From NCBI GenBank assembly GCA_047495785.1, contig JBLDXI010000032.1, positions 372,001-436,000 on the forward strand: 64,000 nucleotides of DNA. The letters run 5' to 3'. Shown piece by piece: positions 1-15,833 of the stretch. Position 1 is the stretch's first letter, and each line of letters starts with the position of its first letter. A model generated the notes under the pieces. That model saw only the letters and a list, made by a program, of their open reading frames with translations. It was not told the origin of the DNA and made no database searches. Both the position numbers and the translations under genes were made by a program. This DNA is from Lepidodermella squamata. Lineage: Eukaryota; Animalia; Gastrotricha.

Positions 1-1724
1 TGCCGCTGACCGCAGAACATTCATCACAAGCGCGCAAAACCCTCGCGCTTTTCTCGACCTGGTTGGTTGGTTGGTATACGGGCACGCGCCGACGCGAGGT
101 TCCCAGCTTGTGTTCACCTCAACCGAGTTAAACTCTTCAACTTGATGATGAGGCTCTGATAGCATTGCGCCTTTTGTCTCTCTGTCTATTTCTGCCTGCT
201 TGCGTCTGTCTTGACGAAGTTCCGCAGGTGACTGTATAAGCGCAACTTAAATCATTAGATACATCTCTATTTTAACTTAATTTGGCCCTCATGAAACATG
301 GCCAAAAGTTGAATTCCGAAATTCTTACTTTATCGCCGCCGTTAATCGCCCTAGTTTTTACTCTGGCCAGTGCAATTTTTGTGGATTTTTTTCTCGCGTT
401 CACACCGAAGCTGCTGAATTAGCGGCCTGCTATCTATCGAACCAGTGCATGGGGTGATTGCGTGTTCGGCCTAGCAAACGCATTATCATCCGCAATTTAT
501 ATACACACATGGCTAGTCTCTAAGCGAATATTTCTCTCGAAAGCTGTCATTTCGCCTTCTATATATCACAGAAAATCGGCGACGGAAAGTGACATTTTCT
601 GCGTGATAATTTTATTTAAGTTTAATCTATACGCCGCACCCGCGCCACTGTTTCCAATCAACGGCTATATTGCCCGTATACTTGTCCGCTTGTTTGTGGC
701 GCGCTGCGTCGCTCCCCGAAGGATTGTTGCCGAGCGTTGTTCCTTTCAGCAGCTGCTGCAGTGCATGGCCGCGGAAACAGAGAAGCCGTATTTTATTCGC
801 AATATGAAAGTGTCTCTCGCTGTTTTCTCTTGAGATTCGCTGCTGCTGCTGTCTATGGCACATCATTCATTTATTGCGCACATTCCATATGTTGCGCGCT
901 CTTTTCTTCGCCGCTTTATCCGCGCATTCGAAGATCGATTGATTTCGCCGAAAACTAGCAGCGCTTATACCCGCGGCGGCGCGACTAGTAGCAGTATTCG
1001 CCTATAGTCAAGTCCTTGTCGATCTGTGCACATCGTCACTTTGCCTCGATTTTATTTCCATTATTATTAAGATTATTTATATAAAAATATTCTTTTAGAC
1101 TACTTCTACGCCAGATATAATTCTTTTATTATTACTATTATTTGTATCGCTATCTCTTACCAGTACGACGAGTGGGCGAAGATGTATCATCACGCTTTTT
1201 CGAGTGAATCGAAATAATATCTTCATCTGTCTTAAATTCGGTCGCGATTGTTGTGTAACGGCATTGCGTGCGGCCGAACGTTAATACTAGCCCGAGAACG
1301 CGCGTGTTTGTGTATAATTTTCGACTTGACCTCGCTCCGGAGCCTCGCCAGCAGCAGCTTTACCCCCATTACTCATAATTCTTCCTGCGCTGTCGCCATG
1401 CACGCGCAAGAAGGAGCGCGCGCTCCGTGTCAAACAACCCGTTGCGCGCGCGCATTTTATTGCTCGCAAACAGATGTTGCGCGCAAGTCGCGCCTTTCCG
1501 AATCCATTGCGTTTTAATGATCACGGTCGCTTCTCTTAATATAATTAGCATTCGCTCGACAGATTTTTACTGTACTGCATCTGTCATACTGCACTACCAG
1601 CAGTCCGCTATTATAACTCGCGCGATTCATCCACCCTAATAATTTATTTATTTACATTTTTATCATCTTTTTATTGGCCGGATTTACCCTGAATTTTTTC
1701 GTATAGGCTATTCTTCAGAGTCCC

Positions 1725-4700
1725 ATGACTGCCGGCGCTGGCTATCCAATGTCTGCTGCTCCTGTTCCCGTTACGAATTCTGGCGCCTCAGTCGCCGCGG
1801 CGGCTGCTAATGCCGGCCAAACCCAGCCTTCAGTTCAACCGCCTGCGAAAGCGGGTGAAGAAGTTGGTCGAACGGCGTCTTCCGACCCTGCCTATCAACA
1901 AGCGTTAGTTGCGGCTGCTTTTGCGGCGCAGGTCGCCGAGCAACAACAGCAACAGCAACAGCAGCAACAACAGCAACAGAACCCGGCCAATACCCAACAG
2001 ACCTCGTCCTCTTCCAACACGGTGCCTTCATCCTCGTCGAACTCGAACGGTCTTTGCCTTATGACTAGTCAGCAACCCGTCGATCTTGTCGCTATGGTTA
2101 GTTGTCTGTTTAAAATTAACGCCGCGCGCCCCCGGGATAGTCACTGCCATGCTCGATTTATTTTTATTACTCGCGCGTGTTTATCTGTCGACGCTGCTGC
2201 CGCTGGTAGGATTTAAATTGAAATTGACGTTCTACTCGAGAAAGTGACGTCGTGGATTAGATTTCGAGCCTCATTGCCTGTCAAATCAGCGCGTCGCGCC
2301 GATCGCAGCATTCACACTAGGCCTGCATTAGTATAGCTCAAGCGTATATTTTTGCGCGCGCGCTCATGGCTGAGCAAGTAAGTAAAACATTTATATAGCC
2401 TAATGATATTATTATCATTTCTTGAAAATCGAAAATTTCAAAATCGATTTTATTTTCAATGCCACAGAATGATTCGTCTTCTTCGTCTATGGGTGATTGC
2501 CAAAAACAATCGGGAAATGGTTCAGCTTCGCAGCAAGCCGCCGCTGCTGCAGCGAACGCTCAGAACTCGGCGAATAACGCAGCTGCGGCCGCCGCCGCTG
2601 CAGCCGCTGCCGGCGCTAAACGGCTCCACGTTTCCAACATCCCCTTCCGTTTCCGTGAGGCCGATCTCAGAACTCTTCTTGGAGTGAGTATTAAAAAATC
2701 CGCCTTAATTTTTCTTTATTTCCGGATTTAATTATCTCTAGCAATTCGGACCTATTCTTGACGTTGAAATTATTTTCAATGAGCGCGGCTCGAAGGGCTT
2801 TGGCTTTGTTACGTTTGCCAATGCCACTGACGCCGAGATGGCCCGATCGAAGCTCAACGGATCGACTATCGAGGGCCGCAAAATCGAGGTATGCTTGCTT
2901 GTCTCATTCGCCCTTACTCGCGTCTTGCCCCAATTATTTTAAATGTCTACATAATTACTACCTATTATTACGTAAAATTTACTGCTCTAATTCTGTTATG
3001 TTTAGCTATATTACCTGGCTAAAACTATATAGCTATTAGCGCTGAAATTTATTACCCCTCTACATTATCGAACTATTAGTTGAAACGTACCTTTAATTGA
3101 CTTTCTGTATGTCTTGTGCTGAAAAGGAAGTCGTTTCTTGAAGAGAGAAATTAAGGAGGTTTGTTGAAAATTTTGACATGGAACGTAAATATATTTGATA
3201 TATCCTCCTATTATCACAACGTAACATTGCTTGTTACTTCTAAATCGTGAACATATTAAATAATGTTCCATAAACCGGAATCCCTTTCGAGGCTTCGCCT
3301 TGGAAATTAGCTTTTGCAAGACTTGCGAGATAAAAACTACATCAACTAGCCATGCTCCTTGAGGTGATTTTTTTCGTGTTCGGTTTTTGGCATTTTTCGC
3401 AAGCTCTTTACTTTTGTTTTTTGTACAAATCAAATTACACGGGGGCGGCAATGTTCTATCTCTTCTGTGAACTATTAATTAAGGAGGTGAAAGCCTGTGC
3501 AACATGGCAGCATATTTTATTTAGCATGTCAGTTTTCTTACTAAAATTTACTCCGAACGTTCAAGTTTTGACGTTGTTCACCTTAAAATCTATCATCATG
3601 CTCTTTGTGAACATGCCAACACTCATAATATATTGTAAATTTGTTACACTGTTACTTGCTTGGTAACAGGCATGGTTTTTCATAAAATGCAGAAAGAATG
3701 CTTCTGGGAAGGGCCTCTTGGATGCCGTAGTTGCTGAAACTCAAGTTGACCTTCCTGTATTTATATTATCGTAAACAAAAATGCCTGCATCGCTATTTTT
3801 TAAAGTGCCAAAAAAATCAATGAATGCAAGTTGTTTCACGCTATTTTAAGTGTCGAAATTTCAATCATGATGAGAAAAGTGCACACACCTGAATGCGATA
3901 ACAATGACAATGACGACTTGGCTTATAGTAGTCGGCTATCTTGCTAAAAAAATTTAACAGTCGAAACGATTTCTAAGGGTGCCATGATGCTTTGGTGGTG
4001 GCGGTGCGGTTTCTTCGTAGCTTCCGTGAAATATTTTGTTCGAACAAACCCCGCTCCCAGTTTTAATATTGGGCTGATCGAAGTTAAATTATATATATTT
4101 TAACCTCCCACAGAGAATGCGATGTGTTATCTTGAAATAATTTTTACAAAAAAGTTAACAACCTTATGTAATTTTGTAGTATTGAATGACGACCGAAGCC
4201 TTTCTTTGCAAAATTTTAGTGTATAATGGAATGTTAATGTTTGATTTATCGGTCCAATCGAACACCGTTTAATAACCTGCTATTTTTTTGTGAAAATTTA
4301 TTATTCATTTGTTCAAGAATTACCTGGAAATTTGCGGAAATTCCTTTCTGTGTTCGAACATATTTTGATATTTTTAATTATAATTATCTGCTTTTTCCCA
4401 CCTGTCAACTATTGCTGTTATTGAAAATATTGTACATGATAGGTTAATAACGCTACGGCACGTGTGATGACAAAGAAGAAAGACACCAGCACGAATGCAT
4501 TAGCCGCTGTTAACGGTGAGAGTTCTTTGCTCTCTCTTTATTTTTCTTTCATTTTTTCTGCTATCTATGCTTTCGAGTTTTGTAACGTTGTTTTGCATTG
4601 CAACCCATTTTCTTGGAAATTGTGTTATGATGGTAGTAGCCCCCAGTAACTATATATATTTCTCTGAAAAATGCATGTTTCACCGCTAAATATTTTCTGG

Positions 4701-5787
4701 ATTTAAGGCATGAGGGTGCATGGTGGTCATTTAGATGATTAGACCTGGGCATGTCGTTCTATCGCACCGGATCACAATATGAACACTGGTTCCCCCTGTT
4801 GATGAAGCAAAAAAAATCTGGGATTTATTTTGTAGTAGAAGCGTTTGCCGTGATAGTGTGGTTCAAATTAGATTTTTAAGGAGGGTTGCAAAACGAAAGA
4901 ACAAAACTTGAAAGAAGACGGATAGCAATTGAGAAATTTTCGGTACTAAATTTTTCTTTCGATTAATAGCTGCCCTTCGACGAGCTGCCGTTCTACGTGC
5001 CGCTGGCCAGCCGATTCGCGCTAGCAATAGCGCAGTCGCAGCCGCTGCTGCCTACGCCGCCGCTTCGATCAACCCGCAGATCAGTCTCGGGTCGCCGTCG
5101 ACTGCCGGGCTGACCCTGGCCCAAACCCCGGCCGGAACTTTCGTGCGCCAAGCCGCCCTCCTTCCAACCGGTTTCGGTGGAGGTCAAAACATCTTCAGTC
5201 TCATCGATCAATGTAAGACTGAATTATTTGTTTCCGAACACCCTCGTATTGATAGACTACAATTTTTCAGCTAATCAGTCGTTGGCTGCGGCCGCCTCGA
5301 ATGCCGCTGGGCAACAAGCCGGTGCGCCGTACACGATCTACGCGACTGCCGATCAGCTGAACCAATTGCTGGCCGCCGTCGGCAACCAGCAGCAACAAGC
5401 CCTCGCGTTGGCCCCGCAGCCGGCCGCCACGCCGCAACAACAGGCGATCCGCTTTGCTACGCTACCGCTCAGTGCCTTCCAAGCCGCCGGACAGCCGGGG
5501 CAGCAAGCCGGTGTTCAGCAACAACAGGCGACAGCCCAGGCTCAAGCTCAGGCCCAGGCCGTTCAACAGCAACAAGCTGCTCAGACTTTGGCCTTTCTTA
5601 CTGCGCCCGGTTCGGCCCTTGCGTCTGGTAACGCGACCGCCGAGCAGTACATCAGCCATGTTGGACCTCTTCTCGGCTTGGGGGTGAGCCATCTTTCCGA
5701 ATTTTTCTTATTTCCAACTAATTTTTTGTATTTTTCCAGCAAAATTCGGCGTATCGAGCCTCGGCCCAACGATTCTCGCCGTATTGA
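1725..5787 (+). CDS. RBFOX1: Rbfox/Fox-1 family RNA-binding splicing regulator (multi-exon; true start may lie in an upstream exon)
   Basis: Exons 1707/1725-2096, 2468-2683, 2742-2888, 4443-4515, 4970-5212, 5271-5683, 5740-5787, all GT-AG and in frame. [59 protein letters not shown] is diagnostic; C-terminus RFSPY* matches the Rbfox PY-NLS; polyQ/polyA tracts. Confidence 0.93.
4672..4753 (+). promoter_or_regulatory. Cluster of Rbfox-binding (U)GCAUG elements in the Rbfox intron
   Basis: TGCATG 4672-4677, GCATG 4708-4712, TGCATG 4717-4722, GCATG 4749-4753, downstream of the 73-nt exon 4443-4515. Confidence 0.65.
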
Positions 5788-8131
5788 GCGGACGTGCTTT
5801 CGAACAAGTAACATGGTCGTCGAAAATGATACAATTGGTGCCAGTTTGAATCTTCATTTTTTCGGAAAGACTTTCTCTTGTTCTGTACTAGAAAAATTGA
5901 TGAAAAATCGCATATCTTCTAATGTTTCTATGATGATGTTATCTACTAAACAGCCATTTTGTGCTTTACTGACGATGACAAACTGTACAGCCTATAATTT
6001 TCTCTATTCGTGTCTTCTGATACCTAGCTAACGTTGCTAACGTTCTTCATTAAGTCGGGGCAGTTTTTGTACATCGACGATGATGCCTTGAGAGAAAACG
6101 TGGTGGATCAGAACCGTGCTTCCTATGTACGAGATGTACAAAATTTACGGCCGTTATTATTACAAAGAACAGTAGTTTTTTAACCTCGGAACACAAGCGC
6201 ATTGTGCATTCTTCTGTGCCCAGTTGAAAGAAGGAGTAATGACCTGATCGTTTTTTTTAAACGTTGCGGCTTGTTTGTGTTTTTTGTTTCGCCTGTTTGC
6301 CAGTTGTCCCCGTTTTTGCCTCCGTTGTTCTTGTTGTTGTTTTAGAGATTCTTTGTTGCCGATGTTGTTGTTGTTTTACTATCGGAACCATGCGTGCTCC
6401 ACTTGTCCTGATACATTTGTATACCGTAAAATAACGCCTTAATAACCTTCTGCACCTTCGCCATTGGAAAAAATACTGTTAAATCGCCGATAATTACGCA
6501 TCTTACCTTTACTATTCCTATCGTTATATATCCGCATTTATTGTTATATCGATACTATTCTTACTGTGTAACATTATACCTACTACCGTACTACAACTAC
6601 TCACGTCTTATACCGTATGAACTAACAGCACGAGCATGATTATTGATGTACGCTTCTTAACTTTTGACGCGCTGGGTGTGATATGCCGACTTCTTCTTGT
6701 CTTTTGAATGTTACTACTTTTTGAACCTTCGTCTCTTTTTGACAGTTTTGAACAACCGTCTGTGTTCTAGCCGCAACGTGTCTTATCGGATAGCTCTTTC
6801 TTCTTACTAAGGCTATACTTCGAAACCTAAGCGCATGTTATAGGACCGTGAAAATTCGCCAACTTCCAACTTGCACGATTCTTGCCAGCAGCGCCAAAGA
6901 AGACGCGTAAACAAAAGCCTGATTGAATGAATGACTTTTTCACAAAAAAATACATCATACGGAATGAATGAATGAGGTGCAAATGACCTACGTAAAATAA
7001 CAACCTCGCAATTTCGCGAAAAATTGCCAAAAAAAACTGATCATCTCTCCGTTCTCCTCTTCATTTCAGAACATCTAACTTGCCACAAATTTCCGTTTTC
7101 TCTTTCTCTCGTTGCGATTGAAATTTGTAAATATATATACTGAGTGCATAATAACGATAATTGTTGTACAATTTTTTACGAACGCGCGCTCTAGTCACTG
7201 ATACACCTAACGAAATCAAAATTGTCACAAGCGCGATTTTATGCCGAGATATTATTCGATTGACAAACAACGCGCGCTAATATCGTGCTCTTATTCTTTT
7301 CGTGTGTAAATATCATCAAGCAAATGTCTAATTACGATGGAGGGTGAATCTGATTGTGTACAAAAAACGTTGAATCTGAGTCTGAGTTACCCGACCGATG
7401 GGTGACATTCAATGTTGAGAAAAATCGTCTTGGAATAATTTCATTATAACGTTTCAATTTTCGCGCTGCTTCTTCGTCTCCGAAATATATACATTATGTT
7501 TACTTGCTAAATATCAATTATATAGACTATATTGACAATTATTATTTCGAGAGATAAATATTGATGATGATAATAGAGTAATAAAAGCAGCTGACACATC
7601 ACTTGAATCGGTTCCTTTTGTTTTACGCTTTGTTGAATCCCGAGGGGCGATTTCCGGATTCTGACGGCTAGTTGAGCGGTATTATTTAGAAAGTAGCCGC
7701 ATATACCAGTGAATGAACAAAAAAATCGATTCGATTTATTCACTTTCGCGCCTCTTTGCACATAGCTCCGGAGGCCGTGTCACGCGCTGCCGATAACACA
7801 AACACGGCCCTAATCTCTAATTTGCAGTATAAAGGCAAAACTTTAGTCACACGAGTAGCCTTATTGTCTTTCTTTTGTGAAAAATGGCTGAACTTCCGCC
7901 TTCTAGAAAAGAAGAGCAATAAACGGCCGATAATATGAATAAAGTCGGCGTACTACACAACTACAAGGCTATCGGAAGTCGAACAACGAACAATTTAGCG
8001 CCCCCTCTTGGGGCATTCAGAGCCACCCGACCAGCGCGTTTCATTATTGGCAACATCATAGCATACCAGCTGCTATTCATAAGTTCGTGGAATCTTTTTT
8101 ATTCGCTTTTTCGATCAGTGGATGGTCTAAA

Positions 8132-8911
8132 ATGACATGCCGAGTGCATAGATGGCTGATTAGCATCGCCATATGTTTTGCTAATTATATCGCTTTTACA
8201 GCTACCTATCCACTCGCGGCTCATAATATACTCTGCTACGTTTGTGAAAATCAAATCTCAAACACACTCTGCAACAGCGAAACCGTAATACAGGACTGCG
8301 AAGATGGATTCGATACTTGCCAGACGATAACTCATTTCTCAGGTAATTTAGTACCTAATTAAGATTTGTTTTCAAAAATTGGGATTCTTGCAAACTAAGA
8401 GTCTCGCATTCTTTTTGGCTGGAAGATGAGGAATAAGGACTCATTTTTTAATGATTTGGTACCTATTTTCTTCGCCATACAGCTGTGATTTCAATAAATT
8501 TTGAATTAAATTGATCTATTCCATGCCAATAATTCTGGATATTATAGATAGGCTCGATAACTTGGCCACAGATATTTTACGTTTTAATCATTTTTTCAGA
8601 CATCAGTGAGATGATGACAATAACAAAATCCTGTACACGAAATGCGTCATGTTGGGATCAGAAAAATGTCGCTGAAAAATTGCACCCATGTGATTCAACT
8701 GGTTCGACCTGGTCATGCGTGTAAGTTGATTTGATTTTGATGATTGATGTCTCTTGAAATGTTTTATGTTTCAAGTGAATGCTGTTGGTATGATAAGTGC
8801 AACAGAAACGCCGCCTTCACACCTCTTCAGGACTCTTCGCCGTATGACAAGGCGACAACTATGGCGCTGCAAATTCTGCTTTCACTGGCGATCCTGATTT
8901 CTTTGCGCTGA
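8132..8911 (+). CDS. Ly6/uPAR (three-finger) domain protein, signal peptide and probable GPI anchor
   Basis: Exons 8132-8342, 8600-8720, 8776-8911; LCYVC..C..C...C..TKSC....C..C...CVECCWYDKCN cysteine pattern with terminal CCxxDxCN; hydrophobic N- and C-termini. Confidence 0.85.
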
Positions 8912-9165
8912 TTTATTGGTAACACGTCATCGCAAACCGGTTGTTACGTCAAACTAGTCTACCTCGGAAATAGTTTTTTGTAAATCAAAATAACAATCAG
9001 ATTAAATATATTCCGCATTTTATTACCGTAACCGTGTGAATTTTAACAATAAAAGAGAAATATTACAGCCACGGAATTCATTTTGTTAGAAGATTTTCGT
9101 AATAACACAGTCGAGAGGCACATAAATATATGTATGTCAAATAAGCAGAATAAGCTAGCTGGAAG

Positions 9166-10626
9166 CTAGAATAGATGCTGAATTGCGGCAAGAAACGCTT
9201 CGCTAAATCGTTCTGCACTGAACTTTTGTTGCGCAACACGACGAGCAGCTGCTCCCATAGTTTTTCGATCTTCATCGCTCATTTCAATAAACGCTCGCCT
9301 TAGAGCACCAGCGAATTCTTTTTTGTCCATATTCGGCACCAAAATACCAGTTTCTTGATTAGGTTCATCCTCTGGAGGTAGAAGAATGTCGCGAGCTGGT
9401 CCACCAGACTTGTGAGCGACGACGACGAGACCAGCGGCCATTGCTTCAACAACAGCGATACCAAAATGTTCGTCAATCATTGGATGAATTGCGATATTGG
9501 CTGACGACAGAGCTTCGACTAGCTCAGAATGCGGAATGCCAACACAGAATTGCACGTTCTCGCCAATGCCCTTGTCAACAGTGAGCTGCTTTAGACGATC
9601 AAGTCGCTCTCGGTCATCAGCTGATCGGCAACTGCCTATCAACTTCAATAGAAAACGCTGCCTGGGAGGATCGCTTTTAGACAATCCGTCCAAAAATTCA
9701 GCAAAAGACTCCACTAAAAAGGGATGGTTCTTTTCTGGTCGAAATTGCGCGATGAAGACAGCAGTCAATTTGTCCTTTGAGCGTTTCGTGGGAGATGAAA
9801 CGATTGGTTTGACGTTTACTGGAGGATACACAACATGCAGATTATAAGATGGGAAAGATTTCCAAATCTCAGAAACGTGATCACGAGTCCATAATGAGTT
9901 CACCATCGCAACTTCCGCGCAACCGCCAGCGTAAGCATAGGCTGAAGCAAGTAATTTGTAATAATAAATTTTCCCTCTCGTAAGAACAGCAGATCTAGCG
10001 AAGATGGGACGATTGTTGAAATTAACCTTTCCACCAGCCACCAAAGAGATCATGTTGGTGCTAATCCATGGGTAATGCACGTATGCTCCGATTCTGCAAT
10101 AGCTGCCAAGAAGCCAATGAAATACGGGCAGCGCAAATGTAAGTCCAGTGGTGTCCAAAATAATATTTGGTTGGTGCTTCCATAAAGCTTCAATAGCCAT
10201 CAGCGCAGAAAATACCGCTTGGAAAGCTAATGTCAGGAATGGAATTGATTCTGGACGAAGAGCCAAGTTTGCCAGGCGGAGCGGGACAATTTTAAGTTTA
10301 TGTGATTTGACTTTCAGCCCGAACTGGTCATAGATTTTGTCTGTCAGGTCACGCGCGGAATCGATAGGCGTCTTGGCGTCGCTGTAAATAACAATCTCAT
10401 CTATTCGAGAATACATTTCTGGAGATTCTTGAATTGCCACGATAGCGGTCCATAAAACCCCCTCTCCTCCACCGCCACCAGCACACGCAGGGTGCAAGAA
10501 TGCCAGCGAAAACTTGGATTTGCAGCATTTGCATAAAAAGCGACGCCTTAACCAGAACGCCAACAGGCAGCCCACTATTGCAATCAATGCAAATGGAGGA
10601 AAAAACATCCAGATGCAACACAACAT
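9166..10626 (-). CDS. ALG11: GDP-Man:Man3GlcNAc2-PP-Dol alpha-1,2-mannosyltransferase
   Basis: Single 486-aa ORF; AFLHPACAGGGGGEGVLW, YVHYPWIS, AQFRPEKNH, EHFGIAVVEAMAAG motifs; N-terminal TM segment. Confidence 0.95.
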   Translation of the reverse strand: MLCCIWMFFPPFALIAIVGCLLAFWLRRRFLCKCCKSKFSLAFLHPACAGGGGGEGVLWTAIVAIQESPEMYSRIDEIVIYSDAKTPIDSARDLTDKIYDQFGLKVKSHKLKIVPLRLANLALRPESIPFLTLAFQAVFSALMAIEALWKHQPNIILDTTGLTFALPVFHWLLGSYCRIGAYVHYPWISTNMISLVAGGKVNFNNRPIFARSAVLTRGKIYYYKLLASAYAYAGGCAEVAMVNSLWTRDHVSEIWKSFPSYNLHVVYPPVNVKPIVSSPTKRSKDKLTAVFIAQFRPEKNHPFLVESFAEFLDGLSKSDPPRQRFLLKLIGSCRSADDRERLDRLKQLTVDKGIGENVQFCVGIPHSELVEALSSANIAIHPMIDEHFGIAVVEAMAAGLVVVAHKSGGPARDILLPPEDEPNQETGILVPNMDKKEFAGALRRAFIEMSDEDRKTMGAAARRVAQQKFSAERFSEAFLAAIQHLF

Positions 10627-11293
10627 CGTTGGAAGCCTTTAAGACTGATTGACGCTTGACTACTACTCAGCGATAAAAGCTCATTTCAGCGCAAAACCCG
10701 CGGTTCGATTCGAAAACAACGAAAGACATTTTAAAAAGATTTTTCGATTATTACACCTCTTCTTACCATAATCTAGAAACTGTCATGTATCATGCACATT
10801 GATCATTATTAATTTGCGACCTTGAGAATAGAGATAGTTTTTACCGATGCGGGGTTAGAAGAATGTTGGAGCTTTTCAAGTTACCGCAAAAACGCGTCCT
10901 CTTACGCCTCGCGTTCTCGATGAGCCGGTGTGACCGTCGCTACGTTTTTTTCTCGGTAGACTGGGCCAGCAACGATGTGAAGTGAAATGGTAATAAACGC
11001 CAAGTACCTGACTCCTGGTTTCTTAATCCTAACCCAAGCTTATTTTTGTCGATCGAAATCGTCGAATTCTTCGATTAAACTTGAACTTATTGTTTCTCCT
11101 TTATACTACACGTAGTAAATGTAAATGCTTTTCAGCGCACTGCGTCTTTTGTCTTTCTGCCAAATTCGAATTTTGCGTGTTTCATGCAAGCCGGTGACTT
11201 TCTTAACTAAATTCTTTACTTTAGAACTGCGTAAGTATTCCATCTAGAAATATTGTTTTATTCTGATAGGTTTTCAGTTCATTGCTTACCACC

Positions 11294-12698
11294 ATGAGTG
11301 ACTACGACTATCCGTATTATTATGAAGAGGATAAAATGTAAGAGATCCGTGATACATGAATTTAAATCTTTAAACTTATAATTTTTCTCACAGGGGCATG
11401 ACTGTGACATCAGGCTCAATCTGCTTGGAGAAAGACAACCAAAACCTGATTGGAATTAGTATCGGAGGTGGTGCTCCTTATTGCCCTTGCATTTATATTG
11501 TTCAAATTTTCGACAACACTCCTGCTGCAAAGGATGCTACCTTGGCTGCTGGTGATGAAATTGTGTCTGTCAACGCACAATCAGTTAAGGGGAAAACAAA
11601 AGTCGAAGTAGCCCGACTTATTCAGTCAATCAAGGTAAGTACTTTGCCAAAAATTTAGATATTGGACTGAAATTTCCTTTTTAGGGCAAAGTGACTATTA
11701 ACTTCAACAAGCTTCACGCTGATCCAAAACAGGGCAAAAGCCTGGATATCATTTTGAAGAAAGTGAAGCATTTGGTCGTTGAAAACATGAGCGCCAGCAC
11801 AGCGGATACCCTAGGCCTAAGCCGAGCTATTCTGTGTAACGACAGTATGGTGAAAAAACTTGAGGAGCTCGAAAAGACAGCTCTGACCTACCGGTTAGTA
11901 ATTTCTAGTAGCAATGATCTAGTTTATGTAATCGGATATTTACTCTAAAGCGGTCTTGTCTTCCACTGCAATGCCCTCCTGAAACAAATGCATCATGTAT
12001 CAAAAGTGCATCGTGCTATGGGGGATGTTTTTACCGAAATCGGCTGCAGAGACCCTCATCCGAGTGCTTGTGAGGCGTTCACTCGATTCGGCGAGAGTCA
12101 TCGCAATTTGGAGAAGCACGGCCTGGAGCTTTTCAAGGACATGCGACCACTACTGCAAGATCTCAAAACATTCCTGTTTCAAGCCGTTCCTGACACACGC
12201 CTTACTGTGAAGAAGTATCTCGATGCTAAGTTTGAATATCTTTCCTATTGTCTGAAAGTGAAAGAGATGGACGACGAGGAATACAGTTATGCAGCCCTTC
12301 AGGAACCGCTGTACCGAGTCGAAACTGGAAATTATGAATACCGCTTAGTTCTTCGGTGCCGTCAAGACGCAAGGGCTCGGTTTGCTAAAATGAGGAGCGA
12401 TGTGTTAGTCAAATTAGAGCTCTTGGACCAGAAGCACGTGCAAGACGTCGTTTTGCGTCTGCAAACCTTTGTCAAGTCGATGCATGCTTATTCAGTGAAG
12501 TGCTACCAGTCAATGGAACAGACCCAGGTTTTCCCAATTGAGGTCTCACTCAGCCAACAGACTTTCAATTATGGCTATAACGAGCGCATAAACGACGGTG
12601 TCGATGATGACGCTCCGCTATCTTCAGCTTCCAGTTCAGCCTCAAAAAGTCAAAGCCGCCGCGAAGACGACGACAAGCTCATCGATGTGCAACCTTAA
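11294..12698 (+). CDS. PICK1: PRKCA-binding protein PICK1 (PDZ + BAR/arfaptin domain)
   Basis: Exons start 11294-11337, 11394-11634, then two further exons; NLIGISIGGGAPYCPCIYIVQIFDNTPA, NKLHADPKQGKSLDIILKKVKH, KFEYLSYCLKVKEMDDEEY are PICK1 signatures. Confidence 0.96.
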
Positions 12699-13066
12699 AG
12701 ACTAACGATTATTTTCTCGGGATCATGCGCAATTTGCTATTATTATTATTATTTCTGAAAAGTCTCGCAATTATCTCTAAGATGTCTTTTCCTCTGTGAA
12801 ATTCTGGTTTTTGTAATACCGAAGATCTGCTTTAAAAACTTTGTAGTCGATCCATGACACTATGTAACATGAAAATAGTCACTAATTCAAGGTGTTGTCG
12901 ACCTGTGAGCTATAATAATTTTTCAGTCTCAAGTTCATTGTTAAAGGTGATGGGAATTTATTTGCCTGCCGCATGATATCTTTTATTTTAATACCGATAT
13001 TTGGCGTTAATGTTCAATAATGAAGGTATAATTTGAATTTTTCTTAGGGGTTTTACTGTTGAAAAC

Positions 13067-14985
<1,919 letters not shown>

Positions 14986-15833
14986 GTTCGCACTGCCGCG
15001 CGTTTTCAACAGTAACTTGAATATAATCGAAGACAACTGATAAATAATAATAACATTCTTATTTGTACTTCTCCATTCTATTTGCGTAAAAAAACGAAAA
15101 AAATTGTCTCGTTCGGCCGTTATCTTTTTTTCTGTTGAACTGCCACTTTTACGCGGGAATATCATGATGAAATAATCAATCACGCCGTGCGAATGAATAT
15201 GAACATATATATTGTGTATTATCAAAATTATGTAACATTTTTTGTTGTTGGTGTTTCATAAATGTAACCTACCGTGTTTTTATCATGAATTCGCACCGAG
15301 AAGTCAGATTTGGCTAGAAATCATCATATTGCTATAGAGTGAATCTAAATCCAGAGAAATTTACAATTATAAAATTCTATTGTGCGTTGAGAGAATCGTG
15401 AATTTATACCTGGGTCTAATTGTGCAAATGTTCAACCAGATTTGAACTATATGATGAAAAAATTGACGCTATTTAGAGAAAATATATATGATATACGTAT
15501 TTCTCAATTCAAGAGTGTGCATTTATTTGGGTGTTGTTGTTCGGCATTCATTTGAGAAAAAATAGAAATTATATTATGCTTTAAAATATGATGGTAATCA
15601 TAGTAATATAATCACACGGCGGGACAGTGATGTAATGCTCTCTTCAGTTTTTGGTGGCAACTTCTAATTCTTGCTCTCGTACAACAAGCGTGTACAACAG
15701 TCGTGAAATCAATGTGAAAACGTTATCATGAACCAATAATTACTTGCTCCTATTGTAATCTTATATGGCTGTTTATTGTACGCAAGATTGTAAAACGATA
15801 ATAAACGTGAAGTGTGTAGAAATTTCAATTTTT

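Noticed and set aside
60-75. (TGGT)n run as telomeric repeat
   Set aside because: Only about four units; ordinary microsatellite.
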